A stretch of 64,000 nucleotides of DNA from Basidiobolus meristosporus CBS 931.73 (Eukaryota > Fungi > Basidiobolomycota): NCBI GenBank assembly GCA_002104905.1, contig MCFE01000492.1, positions 1 through 64,000 of the forward strand, given 5' to 3'. Below are positions 25,185 through 36,260 of the stretch, piece by piece. Both the position numbers and the translations under genes were made by a program. The notes under the pieces were generated by a model. That model was given only the letters and a program-made list of their open reading frames with translations. It was not told where the DNA came from and searched no databases. Numbering within the stretch: the first letter of the stretch is position 1; the number at the start of each line of letters is the position of its first letter.

Positions 25185-27017
25185 TTAGGTACTGACGAGC
25201 CCAAGATTCCGCTTACAAGCTTCATAAACCACGTAGGAAATACTCACCGCCGGTACAACCTTCAAAGATATCAGTTAGTTGGGCAAATCGGGCTATTCGA
25301 TGCACTTCCCGGTGGACTTACTTTGGTGAGTGTTGGAACTAGGCCTTTGTAAAATCCTCGGATGGTTTCACGTTCGTAAGTAGTCCGGATCACATCAAAT
25401 GCGCCAGTGTATGTGTGGGGATGGCCGGGAGTGCCCTGTGCTTGTAATCTATCAAAACAATAAGAATCACTGAGGCTGAGTGATCCTACCCCCAATTCGA
25501 CAACGTTACCTTGTTCTAATTAAAGACAGCGGATAAACCATGGTCGCTCCGACTGTACCCGACACCATGCCACACCCTAGCAAGACCATAACATTCGGCT
25601 CCTGGCAAGGGTTTCCATTGTTTCGCGTGTAGCGAATGTAGGAGTGCTTCAGTGATTCGAATACAGAAAGATCGATCGCAGCGAAAGGGAAAACGCCGAC
25701 AAGCGCGGGGAAGAGGCCCTTGAAAAATGCGCGCATGCCTTCTTGCTTCCACATCGCCTTTGCGGTAGGGATTAGAATACTGTTGCTACCAGAGCTGTTG
25801 GCTATCCCCGACGAGCTCATAACACGTGTCTTGAGAATCTCCAACGGGTAGATGGATGTTTGGGATGCTAGACCTGCAAACCCACCGGCGAGAAACCTCC
25901 CGCTAATGCCCAGGTCCTCCCCATCTTCAAAACCAAACATCGATCTAACAATCAGCTTGCAATTCTCATAGGCATAGAATTTCACGGCAGACTCTGGGGC
26001 GATCTTGACGATGTTCAGTCCATTGCCACGGAAAAAATTGGCCACCCCCCCTGATTGGTAAAGATGGCGAACAGCAGTATTGAGAGTCAGGCCACTCTGC
26101 TTTCCAGTGTGTGTTTGAGTCTGCAGGTATACTTTTAGACGATCCAATGGAGCTGTCACCGTTCGACTGATAGCGCCGGCCACTGCGCCGGCCAATAAGA
26201 AGAAGAACATCGAACGTTGTGACGATTTTGTCCCTTCCGATATAACCAGTTCGCCGTCACTCGTCATTTGAGCAGAGTCAACATAGTGATCATATATGTG
26301 GGAGATGGTATGCACATGAGGAACGAACTACGTGAGGGGCAAAGGCTGGGCTTAGCTCTGAACAATGCGCTAGTAGACGAAGCCACTGCGCAAGAATATA
26401 TTGAAATAAAGGAAATTACCAGAAGGAAATCTCTCCACTCTTCAAAATCGACAAAACCATCGGATTTGTAATCTATATAAGATATGAAGTCCTCGAGCTC
26501 ATCTTCACACAACTCGATCCCTTGTGTTGAGAATAGAGTTTAGCTTGGTCTGTCCCCCCGAGTAGGCGCGAAATGAACTCGAGTGGGCGTTACTCAGCCC
26601 AACCCGCCACTTACCGGCCGATTTAAGATGAGCGTGAAGTTCTTCAGGTAGCACAGAGTGGTCTTTCGAATCGGATATATTTTTGAAGAGTTTCCAAAGT
26701 TGAGCTTCGCGGTGATCTATGAAATATTTAAAATCCGCATAATCCACCACTCCATCCTTATTTCGATCCAAAGCCTCAAATATCTCAGATGCGAAATTCC
26801 TGTGAAGTAGAGGGGTGTATTCTATCACACCTTGCTCTATATCTTCGATGCTTAATGTCCCTTTGCTCCGCTTATCAAAATGGCTGAATGTATTCTGTAT
26901 ACGGGCTTCACGTTGCTGTGGAGTCTCATGGGAAAAAGGGGAGTCGAGTGGTTGTTCCCTGATAGTTACAGGCTCAGCAGCTTTGGAGGAATTGTGCGGA
27001 GTAAGTGTGGTTGCCAT
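25185..27017 (-). CDS. SAL1: Ca2+-regulated mitochondrial ATP-Mg/Pi carrier (SCaMC/SLC25A23-25), multi-exon
   Basis: N-terminal EF-hands (FDKRSKGTLSIEDI, LDRNKDGVVDYADF, IDYKSDGFVDFEEWRDFL) and three carrier repeats (TAPLDRLK, IYPLEILKTR, VYPLSLIRTR). The last exon VVPAVSISYVVYE ends at 25185. Confidence 0.95.
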
Positions 27018-28355
27018 GTGTCTAGTGTTCAAAAGTCAGGGCAGCAGAAGTGGGGGATGTATGAATATGCGGAATCTAGGTCTATTTGCAAACAATCAAT
27101 AATGAAGTGGGGCTACTGAAAAACGGACTCAACGTGAAGGCGAAAAAAGGCCAAAAAACTTTGGTCTTTGGAGAAAAGAAACACCATTTTAGCTACGAAT
27201 TCGGAAAACATCTTTTTATTCATTCTAATCTAATGGACCAATACCCACTGCCAGATTTGGACATAGGGTATCGGGTTGGATTGGAATCATGGATGTTCTC
27301 CGCCTTTCTTTTTCCCCTTCCCTCCTTGCCATGCCCCCACACAGATCTTTTTCTGAAATTTGCAAGCGCTAACAAATCAGATCGCTCAATCTGCGTTCAG
27401 CAATTTGGAAGATTTAATTGTTGATTAATCAATTGGCCATCTACTGGCTACGTGCTATCATGAGTTTAACCGATTGGAATAAAAACAAGCATGAACTTCT
27501 GACTGGCTTAGAGGTAGCTTTGCACCAGAATTAATGCCGAGCCAGCTACCGAGAAGTGGCGTCACTCCACCGTTCCTCTAGCTCTTGTCCTGAGAGAGTC
27601 ATGACCCTCGGAGGCTTAAGCGGGAGTCATATGGGTACCTTGCTCTCTAATTAGCAGAACAAGGCGGAATGGGCCTTCGGCAGCATCCTTTCTGACACCA
27701 CACTACGGATATGGCTATGTTCCCCACATCTTGTCTAGCCACCTGCTGATTGCTTCTGCACGGATTTCTTGAGATGGTTGATGGATGAAATGCGTCGTAA
27801 TGGCCGGGTAATGATGCAGGTAATAAGGGCATTGGAGTAATGCTGGATCATTTTGGGGGGAATTTCACTGGATTCTTATTTAGTTGTCTGTGAAACGGCA
27901 ATTTTCCCATTCCACTTTTTTTAAAACAGTCCCCTCCGCTCTTGAACTACCGCCCTCTGGAACACTTGTTCCCATAGACATCTCTCCTAGACCAGCAATC
28001 CCTCGCTGTTTGGGTTTACTGTTACTTAGGATAGCCAGCTCTTCTTTCTTCCACCACTGCAACCAGATCCCTCCAGTGCACATCTCCACAGGAGCCCTAA
28101 TCTATCCTCACGTCTAAAGAGGCTTCACCCACTTGTGTCAGCTAAGGAGCAGCCCACTTTTTCTGAGGATAAGAATTCCCACGCCTGAGCAGGCGTACGA
28201 GTGTTGAACATCTGCCACGCTTTGAAGCGATATTGATTCGAGCTCTCCAGGTCGGCTCACAGGACATATCGACACAACCCCGGTATCTTCCCCTCGGGCG
28301 AACTTCGGCCAATATCTTGGTCCAACCGCCTTGTTGATTTCACGTTGGGAAATTT

Positions 28356-29552
28356 ATGCCGGACAACCTTTCGGAGAGTATTAAGAACACGGTCGCCGGA
28401 GCCAGCGCTGGTTGCGTGGCTTCTGTCATAACCTGTCCCTTGGATGTAGTCAAGACAAGACTTCAGAATCAAGGGAAATACGAGGGAATCCATGCGTACA
28501 GGGGAACTCTAGGTAAGTGGAATAAGAACTCTCAGAAACTTCGGAAAACTCACGCCGTCGCTCACATTCATCAGGTACATTGTCTCGAATCTGGGCTGAG
28601 GAAGGTGTACGGGGGCTTTATCGTGGGCTTGGCCCAACCATTTACGGATATCTTCCGACCTGGTCGATCTATTTTAGTGCCTATAATGGCCTAAAAAAGG
28701 TACTAGGGGAGCGAACAGGTAGTCTGCGCTTTCTTGCTCCTTACCGAGTCAACTCTTACTCTTAGATACTAACAATTCGGACAGGGAGAACTGCCGACAG
28801 CATCGTGGTTCATGTACTTTCGGCTATGGGCGCCGGGGCGACCAGCTCCATTATGACCAATCCTCTTTGGGTGATCAAGACTCGATTCATGGTACTTTAA
28901 TGGTTCGATGTAGAGTCTGCCTATCGTACTTAACAAGATATTTACCTTCACTTCAGACCCAGTCGAGGACCACCAGTTACCATTACAAAAATACCCTTGA
29001 TGCATTCTCCACGATATGGAGGGAGGAGGGGATAAGGGGTTTCTACAAAGGACTTACCCCCAGCCTTTTGGGTGTTTTCCATGTGGCAGTGCAATTCCCA
29101 CTGTATGAACGACTGAAGTTGATCTTGAGTACGTAGTTCTCTAATCTTTTGGCCCTATCAGTTCGTGACTGACGCGTGTTCTCCCTCTCCAGAAACCGAA
29201 GACCTCGAGTCGTTTGGCACATCGGCCATTCTGGTTGCTTCGTCTTCTTCCAAGATGGCGGCCAGTATAGTCACATATCCGCACGAAGTAATATCCCATG
29301 TAAACTCACTTGTTGTGTACTCCGTGCTCATTTTACGTTTGTGTTTAGGTCATCCGGACACGCCTCCAGAATCAGACAGTACGTCCATTTAAATACATGG
29401 GCGTTCTGCAGACGATCCATATGATCCATCGGGAAGAAGGATGGACCGCATTCTACAAAGGAATGCCCACTAACCTGATACGCACCGTTCCCGCAAGTGC
29501 ATTGACCATTTTGACCTATGAGCTGATTGTGATGAAGCTGAGCTCACTCTAA
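28356..29552 (+). CDS. NDT1: Mitochondrial NAD+ carrier family protein (Ndt1/Yia6-like), multi-exon
   Basis: Carrier repeats TCPLDVVKTRLQ, TNPLWVIKTRFM and TYPHEVIRTRLQ. The motifs GYLPTWSIYF and HVAVQFPLYE are typical of the NAD/folate carrier clade. Confidence 0.85.
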
Positions 29553-30108
29553 TCTCAAGATAACCTCCAAGCATTGTTCATACCATCCTTAGTCTCATTC
29601 GTAACCCACCTCGACCATACTTGTTAAATGTATTCTATAATCATGAATATACCACTCTTCCATACTACTGCCTGCCTCCGAACTCGCTGAATGGTGCTGG
29701 TGTTGACCCAGCTTGTCTATCCTTGGGTTCGATCGAATCAACCTCGACGCCTCGTATATGCAGCTGTGACGGTGTAGCGGAGAGGCTCAACATTAGATTT
29801 CATGAGGATATAGGTGGTTTCCCCCGCATGTGTTTATTGTACATCCAACAGATAATAAAATTGAGAAACGGCGGATGATAGTGTTGGCCAATCGTGGGTG
29901 ATGTTGCAATCTTCTCTTGAGGGGAGGGCCCAAAGGATAGTGGATATGGCGGCATGGCAGGTTGAATACCATCGTGACCAAGTAAACTTGGTGTGCACCA
30001 ACCGCACCAAAAGAAGCGTTCCATATTTGTCCAGATCAACTACAAAATAAATGCATTGTTCTAGATTTTATTGAACCTTTGAAGGTACATGTTCAAAAAC
30101 AGACAAAC

Positions 30109-30649
30109 TTATTTGTGGGCCACAGCAACTACCTTTCCAAGCAAGACAGCGGTATTGCCATCAAGGAAAGCAGTACGAAAGTCCTTCGCAGTTCTTGAAG
30201 CGGTCGACGATGAGAAGTTGGATCAGATGGAAGACGACCTCAGTGTTAGTACTGATAGTTCCTTGCTCGACAGGTTCAGCAATGATGTCACCAACATCTT
30301 TGATCTTGTAGATACCGAAGACTGAAGGACGTATGGGAGTATCGGCGTTATGAGTGGGAAGGATGATCATGTTGTTCAAGGCGTCGGGGAGGGTGTCAAC
30401 GTGGGCGTCGTCACCAATGATGTTGGTAACATCTTCACCCTTCTGCCAGAGCATCTTGGCGGACTTGGCCAGTAGGTTACCTTGCCAGCCGGAAATAGGG
30501 ATGCCGGAGACTGATTGCTCATCGAAGCCCTTCTTCCATCCAAACTTGATGAGCATGTTTTGCACCTCATCACGGATTTCAACATAACGGTTCTCCCTGT
30601 AACCGGCAGCGTCAGAATCCATTTTGTTCATATCAAAGATCAATTGCTT
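30109..30649 (-). pseudogene. Truncated, internally deleted and frameshifted EFL paralogue
   Basis: Homology begins at KQLIFDMNKMDSD (no G1-G3 region), jumps from TEVVF to IQLLIVD, then frameshifts before FLDGNTAVLLGKVVAVAHK-stop. Confidence 0.92.
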
Positions 30650-30756
30650 TTTAGATAGCAAAGTTGCCGTCAGCGGGAACCATCGGACAAGTGTAGTGTT
30701 TAGTATGGAGAATTGATATGCTTTATTAATTAAACAAAGAGCTAGCTATGTATGAT

Positions 30757-32157
30757 TTATTTGTGCTCAACGGAGACGACCTTGCCAAGCATGACAGCGG
30801 TGTTACCATCGAGGAAAGCAATACGGGAAAGACCCTCGCAGTTCTTGAAGCTATCGACGATAAGGGGTTGGATGGGCTCGAAGACAACCTCGGCGGCCTC
30901 GGAAGCCTTGAGGGAGTGGGGGGACTCGAGCTTCTTACGGCCAGTCTCCTTACCGATCTTCCACTTGAGCTCGGTGATCTTGCAGGCAGCGCGACCGCAA
31001 CGGACGAAACCGATGGGGGAGTATCCGGGCTTGACTTCTCCTGGGATATCGAGGGTTTGGATTTGGGCAGTGAAGTTCTTGACGGGGCGGAGGGTGTTGT
31101 CGCTCTTGTAGACCATGACATCACCAGCACGGGGCATGTTACCCTTGTCAAGACCCTTGATGTTCATACCGACGTTGTCACCGGTTTGAGCGAACTCGAC
31201 ACGCTTGTGGTGCATCTCGACGGTGAACACCTTACCGGTACAGGGGTTACCGGCGGTGTGGGTGGGAAGGAAGACAACTTCAGTGTTGGGGGTGACGGTA
31301 CCTTGCTCGACACGTCCGGCAACGACATCTCCGACACCCTTGATCTTGTAGATACCGGAAACGGGGAGACGCATGGCGGCGTCAGCGTTACGGGAAGGAA
31401 GGACGACCATGTCGTTCAAGGCGGTGAGGAGGGTCTCAACGTGGATTTTGTCGCCGTTTTGGTTGATGACATCTTGTCCCTTCCACCAGGCCATCTTCTC
31501 GGACTTCTTCAACAAGTTGTCGCCTTGCCATCCGGAAATGGGGAGGATAGGAACGGATTGCTCAACGAACTCCTTCTTCCATCCGACCTTGATAAGCATG
31601 TTGCGCATCTCATCACGGATTTCGTTGTAACGGTCCTCCTTGTAACCGGCGGTATCGGAATCCATCTTGTTGACACCAATGATGAGTTGCTTGACACCGA
31701 GAAGGTTGAGGAGACGAGCGTGCTGGCGGGTTTGGCCTTGGATATCTCCGGCCTTGTGGTCACCCTTTTGGATGGCGGTGGTGAAGTTACCATCGGCGGG
31801 GACCATGAGAAGGGCGACATCAGCTTGGGCGGCTCCGGAAATCATGTTCTTGATGAAATCTCTGTGTCCGGGAGCATCAATGATGGTGTAGTGCCACTTC
31901 TCGGTGAAGAACTCCTTGGTGGTGCAGGAGATGGTCACACCACGCTCACGTTCGTCCTTTTGGCGATCCATGTAGAAAGCGAAGGCGAAGGAAGACTTAC
32001 CGAGACGTTCGGCTTCTTGCTTCAACTTGTCCATTTCACGCTCGGGGATACCGCCGAGTTCGAAAAGAAGACGACCGGTAGTGGTAGACTTACCGGAATC
32101 GACGTGACCGCAAATAACGATGGAAAGATGGTTCTTGTTGTCAGTAGCAGAGGACAT
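30757..32157 (-). CDS. EFL: Elongation factor-like GTPase (EFL), intronless CDS
   Basis: GHVDSGKSTT, DKERERGVTI, DAPGHRDF and NKMD GTPase motifs, plus the EFL-type segment VPADGNFTTAIQKGDHKAGDIQGQTRQH that distinguishes it from canonical EF-1alpha. Strong codon bias. Confidence 0.95.
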   Translation of the reverse strand: MSSATDNKNHLSIVICGHVDSGKSTTTGRLLFELGGIPEREMDKLKQEAERLGKSSFAFAFYMDRQKDERERGVTISCTTKEFFTEKWHYTIIDAPGHRDFIKNMISGAAQADVALLMVPADGNFTTAIQKGDHKAGDIQGQTRQHARLLNLLGVKQLIIGVNKMDSDTAGYKEDRYNEIRDEMRNMLIKVGWKKEFVEQSVPILPISGWQGDNLLKKSEKMAWWKGQDVINQNGDKIHVETLLTALNDMVVLPSRNADAAMRLPVSGIYKIKGVGDVVAGRVEQGTVTPNTEVVFLPTHTAGNPCTGKVFTVEMHHKRVEFAQTGDNVGMNIKGLDKGNMPRAGDVMVYKSDNTLRPVKNFTAQIQTLDIPGEVKPGYSPIGFVRCGRAACKITELKWKIGKETGRKKLESPHSLKASEAAEVVFEPIQPLIVDSFKNCEGLSRIAFLDGNTAVMLGKVVSVEHK

Positions 32158-32172
32158 ATTGAAGAGCGGTGT

Positions 32173-32249
32173 CTAGTCGATGATTTTCAAGAGACAGGTT
32201 AGTCAACTTGTCACTGCATCCCTATTTAAACTATATTTACCCAAGGTAC
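32173..32249 (-). promoter_or_regulatory. Probable 5'-UTR intron of EFL
   Basis: On the minus strand CAG|GTACCT ... GACTAAC ... GACTAG|, ending 15 nt before the ATG. Confidence 0.6.
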
Positions 32250-33063
32250 CTGCAAAAAAAAACTCGCCCTACCTTCACCTCTGGGGTAAATAAAACCCCT
32301 GGACATACTTGTCTAGTCACTCAATATAAATGACTGACTATATTGGGCCGATAAGGTATGGCACTTTACACTTGGTAGAAACAGGTCCAGAAGAACAGGA
32401 AGCCCGAGTGGGCCATTGACTCGATATCCTCTTCGACCTTGCAATGGGAAGCCTCGGAGCTGGATCCGCAAACCTAACAATCGTAAATCACCACTTGAGG
32501 AGAGTTACGAACCTTCAACTCGACCTCGGCAATTATCAATGTCGGCATCATGGCTGCTTCAGCAACAAAAGAGTTGTTGTGGCATGTTCCCCTTATTCGA
32601 TACTCGTGGTTTCACCGAAGTGAAGAATTTGTTTTTTTGTTCCATAATGTTTTACAAGCTCCACCCGTCTCAGGCCCAGTTAGCACAGCGTTGTTATCAC
32701 GACCAGATATGGCAAATGACTTACCATGTATGGGTAATGGAGGAATTTTCATATTTATTGCTATAGCTCATTTAGGATGGATACGGCGGCAATCAAACGA
32801 GGCCTGCCATACTTTTCTTTACTTCCGTTGTGTTGGGATGCTGTCGCAGATGAATTGGACTTCGGATCATGCTCTATCCTCGCCACTGCACACGCATACT
32901 CGTTGTAAAGCCTTGAGGGATGGTGTCCTGGTAAACGGGTGCCATTGCTACATGGGTGTGTGGCTGTCAGTCGTGGTCCTGCCAGAGCACCTTGCAAGGT
33001 GGAATAGAATAAATTAACGTTTTATTGCTATATTACTACCAGGTAGTTGGATAATCCATATTC

Positions 33064-33717
33064 CTACATAACAATAGAGAGAAGACTCAATAGAACGGTT
33101 ATAAGTACTACGAAACAGCTCGATCTAGCGGCCGCTCCACTGCTTACGTCATCGGCCTTGGAGCGGTTGGGCAGTTGCACCATCTTCGATGGCTGACTCC
33201 AAACCGATGGTTTGCCTACGACCGAGAGGGGATAGGTTTTGGTTGAGCCTGTTGCTTTCTGTGTGGTGGTATTTGATGCTGGACCACCACTGGGGATACT
33301 GGCGTTTGAACTTGTTGACAGAGAGGAGTGTGTCGTAGATGCTTCCAGAGCTGTGGTTCTACGACTCATCTCACTAAGGGCCGAGGCTGTTGGACTCGCA
33401 ACTTTGGAGCCAGAGGTAGCAGCTGCAAACCAGCTCGACATGGTAGCGCTTGTTGTGGAAGTTGTTCTGGAACTTGACCAGCGGGATGTTTCGAAACCTG
33501 TGAGGTTGATCGAGTCCCGATCCAGTTCAGTTTCAGTGCTGTCCTCTTCACCCAGATCAAACATGTCAGGGTCAACAAAGTCACTGCTCCGGATGACCAA
33601 CGGGTGATCTGCGAGCGAATATCGAGACCCGGGGTATTTGAGCGTGTTTACGGCCCCGATTAAGAGAAGTACAAGTAGAAGAAAGGTGGAATTCGGCATC
33701 GAAAGGGTTCGCTTCAA
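33064..33717 (-). CDS. Ser/Thr-rich cell-surface protein, probably GPI-anchored
   Basis: Signal peptide (FLLLVLLLIGAVNT), S/T-rich middle, small-residue omega region SSGAAA, and a hydrophobic C-terminal tail CFVVLITVLLSLLSIVM. Confidence 0.75.
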   Translation of the reverse strand: MKRTLSMPNSTFLLLVLLLIGAVNTLKYPGSRYSLADHPLVIRSSDFVDPDMFDLGEEDSTETELDRDSINLTGFETSRWSSSRTTSTTSATMSSWFAAATSGSKVASPTASALSEMSRRTTALEASTTHSSLSTSSNASIPSGGPASNTTTQKATGSTKTYPLSVVGKPSVWSQPSKMVQLPNRSKADDVSSGAAARSSCFVVLITVLLSLLSIVM

Positions 33718-34948
33718 AGAGCTGTGTTCACTTGTAGATTTTGGTTGACGCAGTCACGTGGGTCCAAGTTCTACGGAGGTATTAAGAAACAAAAAAATCG
33801 ACATGTGTGGGCCTTAGGTTAGACTGGGATTTTATATTCAAATCGCCATGCCATTAGATGCCTCCAGCTCGGATTTTTAGGGAAGGAATATTCGTACACA
33901 TTAGTCTAGTGCTTCATGCTTATGCTTGAACCTTAATCGAACGATCGGAGTTTATCTCCAGTGGTAACTTGGGCATTCGATAGTTGCGTGGACGTGCGTT
34001 GGTATCGCCTAGAATCATCAGCGTAGTGCAATTCTGGATGCTAGTGTTTACGAACCTCCTCAACCGGTAGCGTCCTTCATGGGAAGTTCATAGGGTGTAA
34101 AGGGTTCCGATCCAAGATGTCCTGAGACTCAATGGACGTCTGTACTGGTACAATGTTGCTATTATACCTCCATTATTGAGTGTACGTATGGAAAGAGATG
34201 CCGGTCTAGCAATAACTCGCGTTAAAGGACAAACGAAATCAGAGGTCCACTATGCATAGTGGGTGACATGGGGAAAAATCATCAACGAGTGGTGAATGCA
34301 GCGCTAAGGAACTATAGGTGTGGAGCATGGTGGCATGAACATTGCTCATATATGTTATGCAGAATCAGCTATCAAGAGCACTGCTGCTACTGAATAGCAT
34401 ATCGGAAATTAATGTGACTGATAGTCACTTCATACCTGCCCTCTGGCTTTGCTGCTGCCAGAGGGAGGAGCCCCGCAACTGCTTGGCTTTCTTCGCACCG
34501 ATCATCTAGTTAGTTTTATGAGGCCTCACGTCAATGTTCAACGGATTTAAGGATGCCATATGTTGGATGATTCAGGATAGCCCTCAGCGCCCATGTGCCG
34601 CTCTTTTCCACAAACATTGATAGTAATGGAGAGCTCGCATTTATCGGCCCCCCAGATCCGTTCTGAGAGTATGCTTTAGTGATAGCAGCTGGGCCGCCAA
34701 GCTTTTCGCCCCTCAGAATACAACAGTAGCCAAAGATCCTCTGTTCATATAGAAGCACCTAACAGACATTGATTGCACCAGATCGGATCTTAGAATATGA
34801 ATATCCTGGTTACATTAAAGATAGAGGCCGGATAAACGGCTTGGCGAGCATCAATAACTGTTTGCACAACTTGGTGTCAGGTTCGAAGAATCATTGGTAA
34901 AGTACTGAGTGGTTCCTCGATGGGTTAATGGACAGGATCTAGTTGGAC

Positions 34949-34966
34949 ATATATATATATATATAT
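34949..34966. repeat. (AT)9 microsatellite
   Basis: Uninterrupted ATATATATATATATATAT. Confidence 0.9.
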
Positions 34967-35276
34967 GCAAAATACAAGGTACATCCGCGAAGCCGATAGC
35001 TAGGTAGGGTTGACATTAGCTTAAGCACCCAGGATTTTCATCTACTTGAACATGTGCCAGAACGAGCGCTGCTCACCGGCTCTCATTCCCAGAAATTTCG
35101 AATGTAAAGCCAGCATCGTCCTTGATGAAGCCCAATAATCTTGAATAAATAGGCACGAGGGACATTCAAACCATCTTTATTACCGCTGATATTAGCGTAC
35201 AAATATATGTTCATTAAAATACACAAGCAAATAGCCATTTCACCAACCCGCCGCTAGCACCCTGAGCGCAACGACA

Positions 35277-35749
35277 TCAAAAGTCAAGTAATAGTTGGGC
35301 AGCGGTTTTTTCAAGGTGCTCTACCTCCAGCCTTGGTACAGCCTCGGAATCGGCTCGCTCAGTTTTTGAGACCCCTGCACTGCGATGAACGGCCTCTGTG
35401 GAACGAAACTATGGGGTCAACATGGTATGCTAGCCAGGAGGCAGGTGAACAGTACGAACCTCGGGTAAAAAGACGTAACAGATCAGCAGCTAAACTGGCT
35501 GCATCCGACTTGACTTTGGTAAACGTGGGTTAGATACCTTCCACTGGAACTCGTCTTCCTTAAGCGATCATCAGGAAAACCACTTACTCTTGGTGTTTGA
35601 TTCTTTCCATACGGTCTTGAAGATACTCTGAATCGTTTCCTTCAGGGAACATCGCATGAGTGGGAAACTAACCAAACAAGGCACCTCCTGCATATGTTGC
35701 CACTTACGGGTTTGAAAGTAGGTTGCTCGGCGGTATTGGGATCTTCCAT
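35277..35749 (-). CDS. MHF2: CENP-X / MHF2 histone-fold protein; exons 35749-35708, 35639-35588, 35513-35460, 35395-35277 (not in ORF track)
   Basis: The spliced product is MEDPNTAEQPTFKP-ETIQSIFKTVWKESNTK-IKSDAASLAADLLRLFTR-EAVHRSAGVSKTERADSEAVPRLEVEHLEKTAAQLLLDF-stop. It matches the CENP-X pattern, including the terminal HLEK..QLLLDF, and all three introns are phase-compatible. Confidence 0.92.
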
Positions 35750-36260
35750 TTCTGACAAAGCTTCGTGGAAGGTTAAGCGGTTGCACTGCGCCTCAACTCA
35801 GATCATAAATTTTCGGGTTGTTGATGGTCAACAAACGCGTCCCATCGAGATGGCCACTCTGGATCAGCAATATTCACCAGACTTCCTGCGGTATGCACAC
35901 TGGGTGATTGGTTGCGTATCGAGATTGGCCTCATCAGTATTCACCCAATGTATCATGTATATAGGACCGAATCAATCAAGGCTTTATATGGTCATGTCAA
36001 TTTCTATTGATAAGAATTTTACATTACAGAGTCAAAAGGTTGAAGGGAACATAATGTACGGAATAAGGAAGAGCTGTGCAACCTCGTCATGATGCCTGAA
36101 TACAACTGGGGCCGTGACAAACGAAACAATGAAAACAAAACTATTTCACGATATACAATTGGTGATAAGAAGTGGGTGACCTACAGAATAGAGTTCTTGG
36201 ATTTTACTCTAGAGCAACGTAATGATGGGAATGATGTAGTGAGGCTGAGGGCTGCTGTGA

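Noticed and set aside
30748-32202. 484-aa plus-strand ORF antisense to EFL (and similar shadows over RPS6, RPL37, PCCA and the EFL pseudogene)
   Set aside because: It is in register with the sense codons and has no recognisable motifs. Stop-free antisense frames are a known by-product of strong codon bias in highly expressed genes.
32416-33017. Plus-strand ORFs upstream of EFL with a faint RING/PEX10-like ending
   Set aside because: Most zinc ligands are missing, and the resemblance needs several assumed frameshifts.
35460-35475. Suspected frameshift in MHF2 exon 3
   Set aside because: Recounting the homopolymer gives five As (CTT TTT ACC CGA on the minus strand), so the frame is intact.
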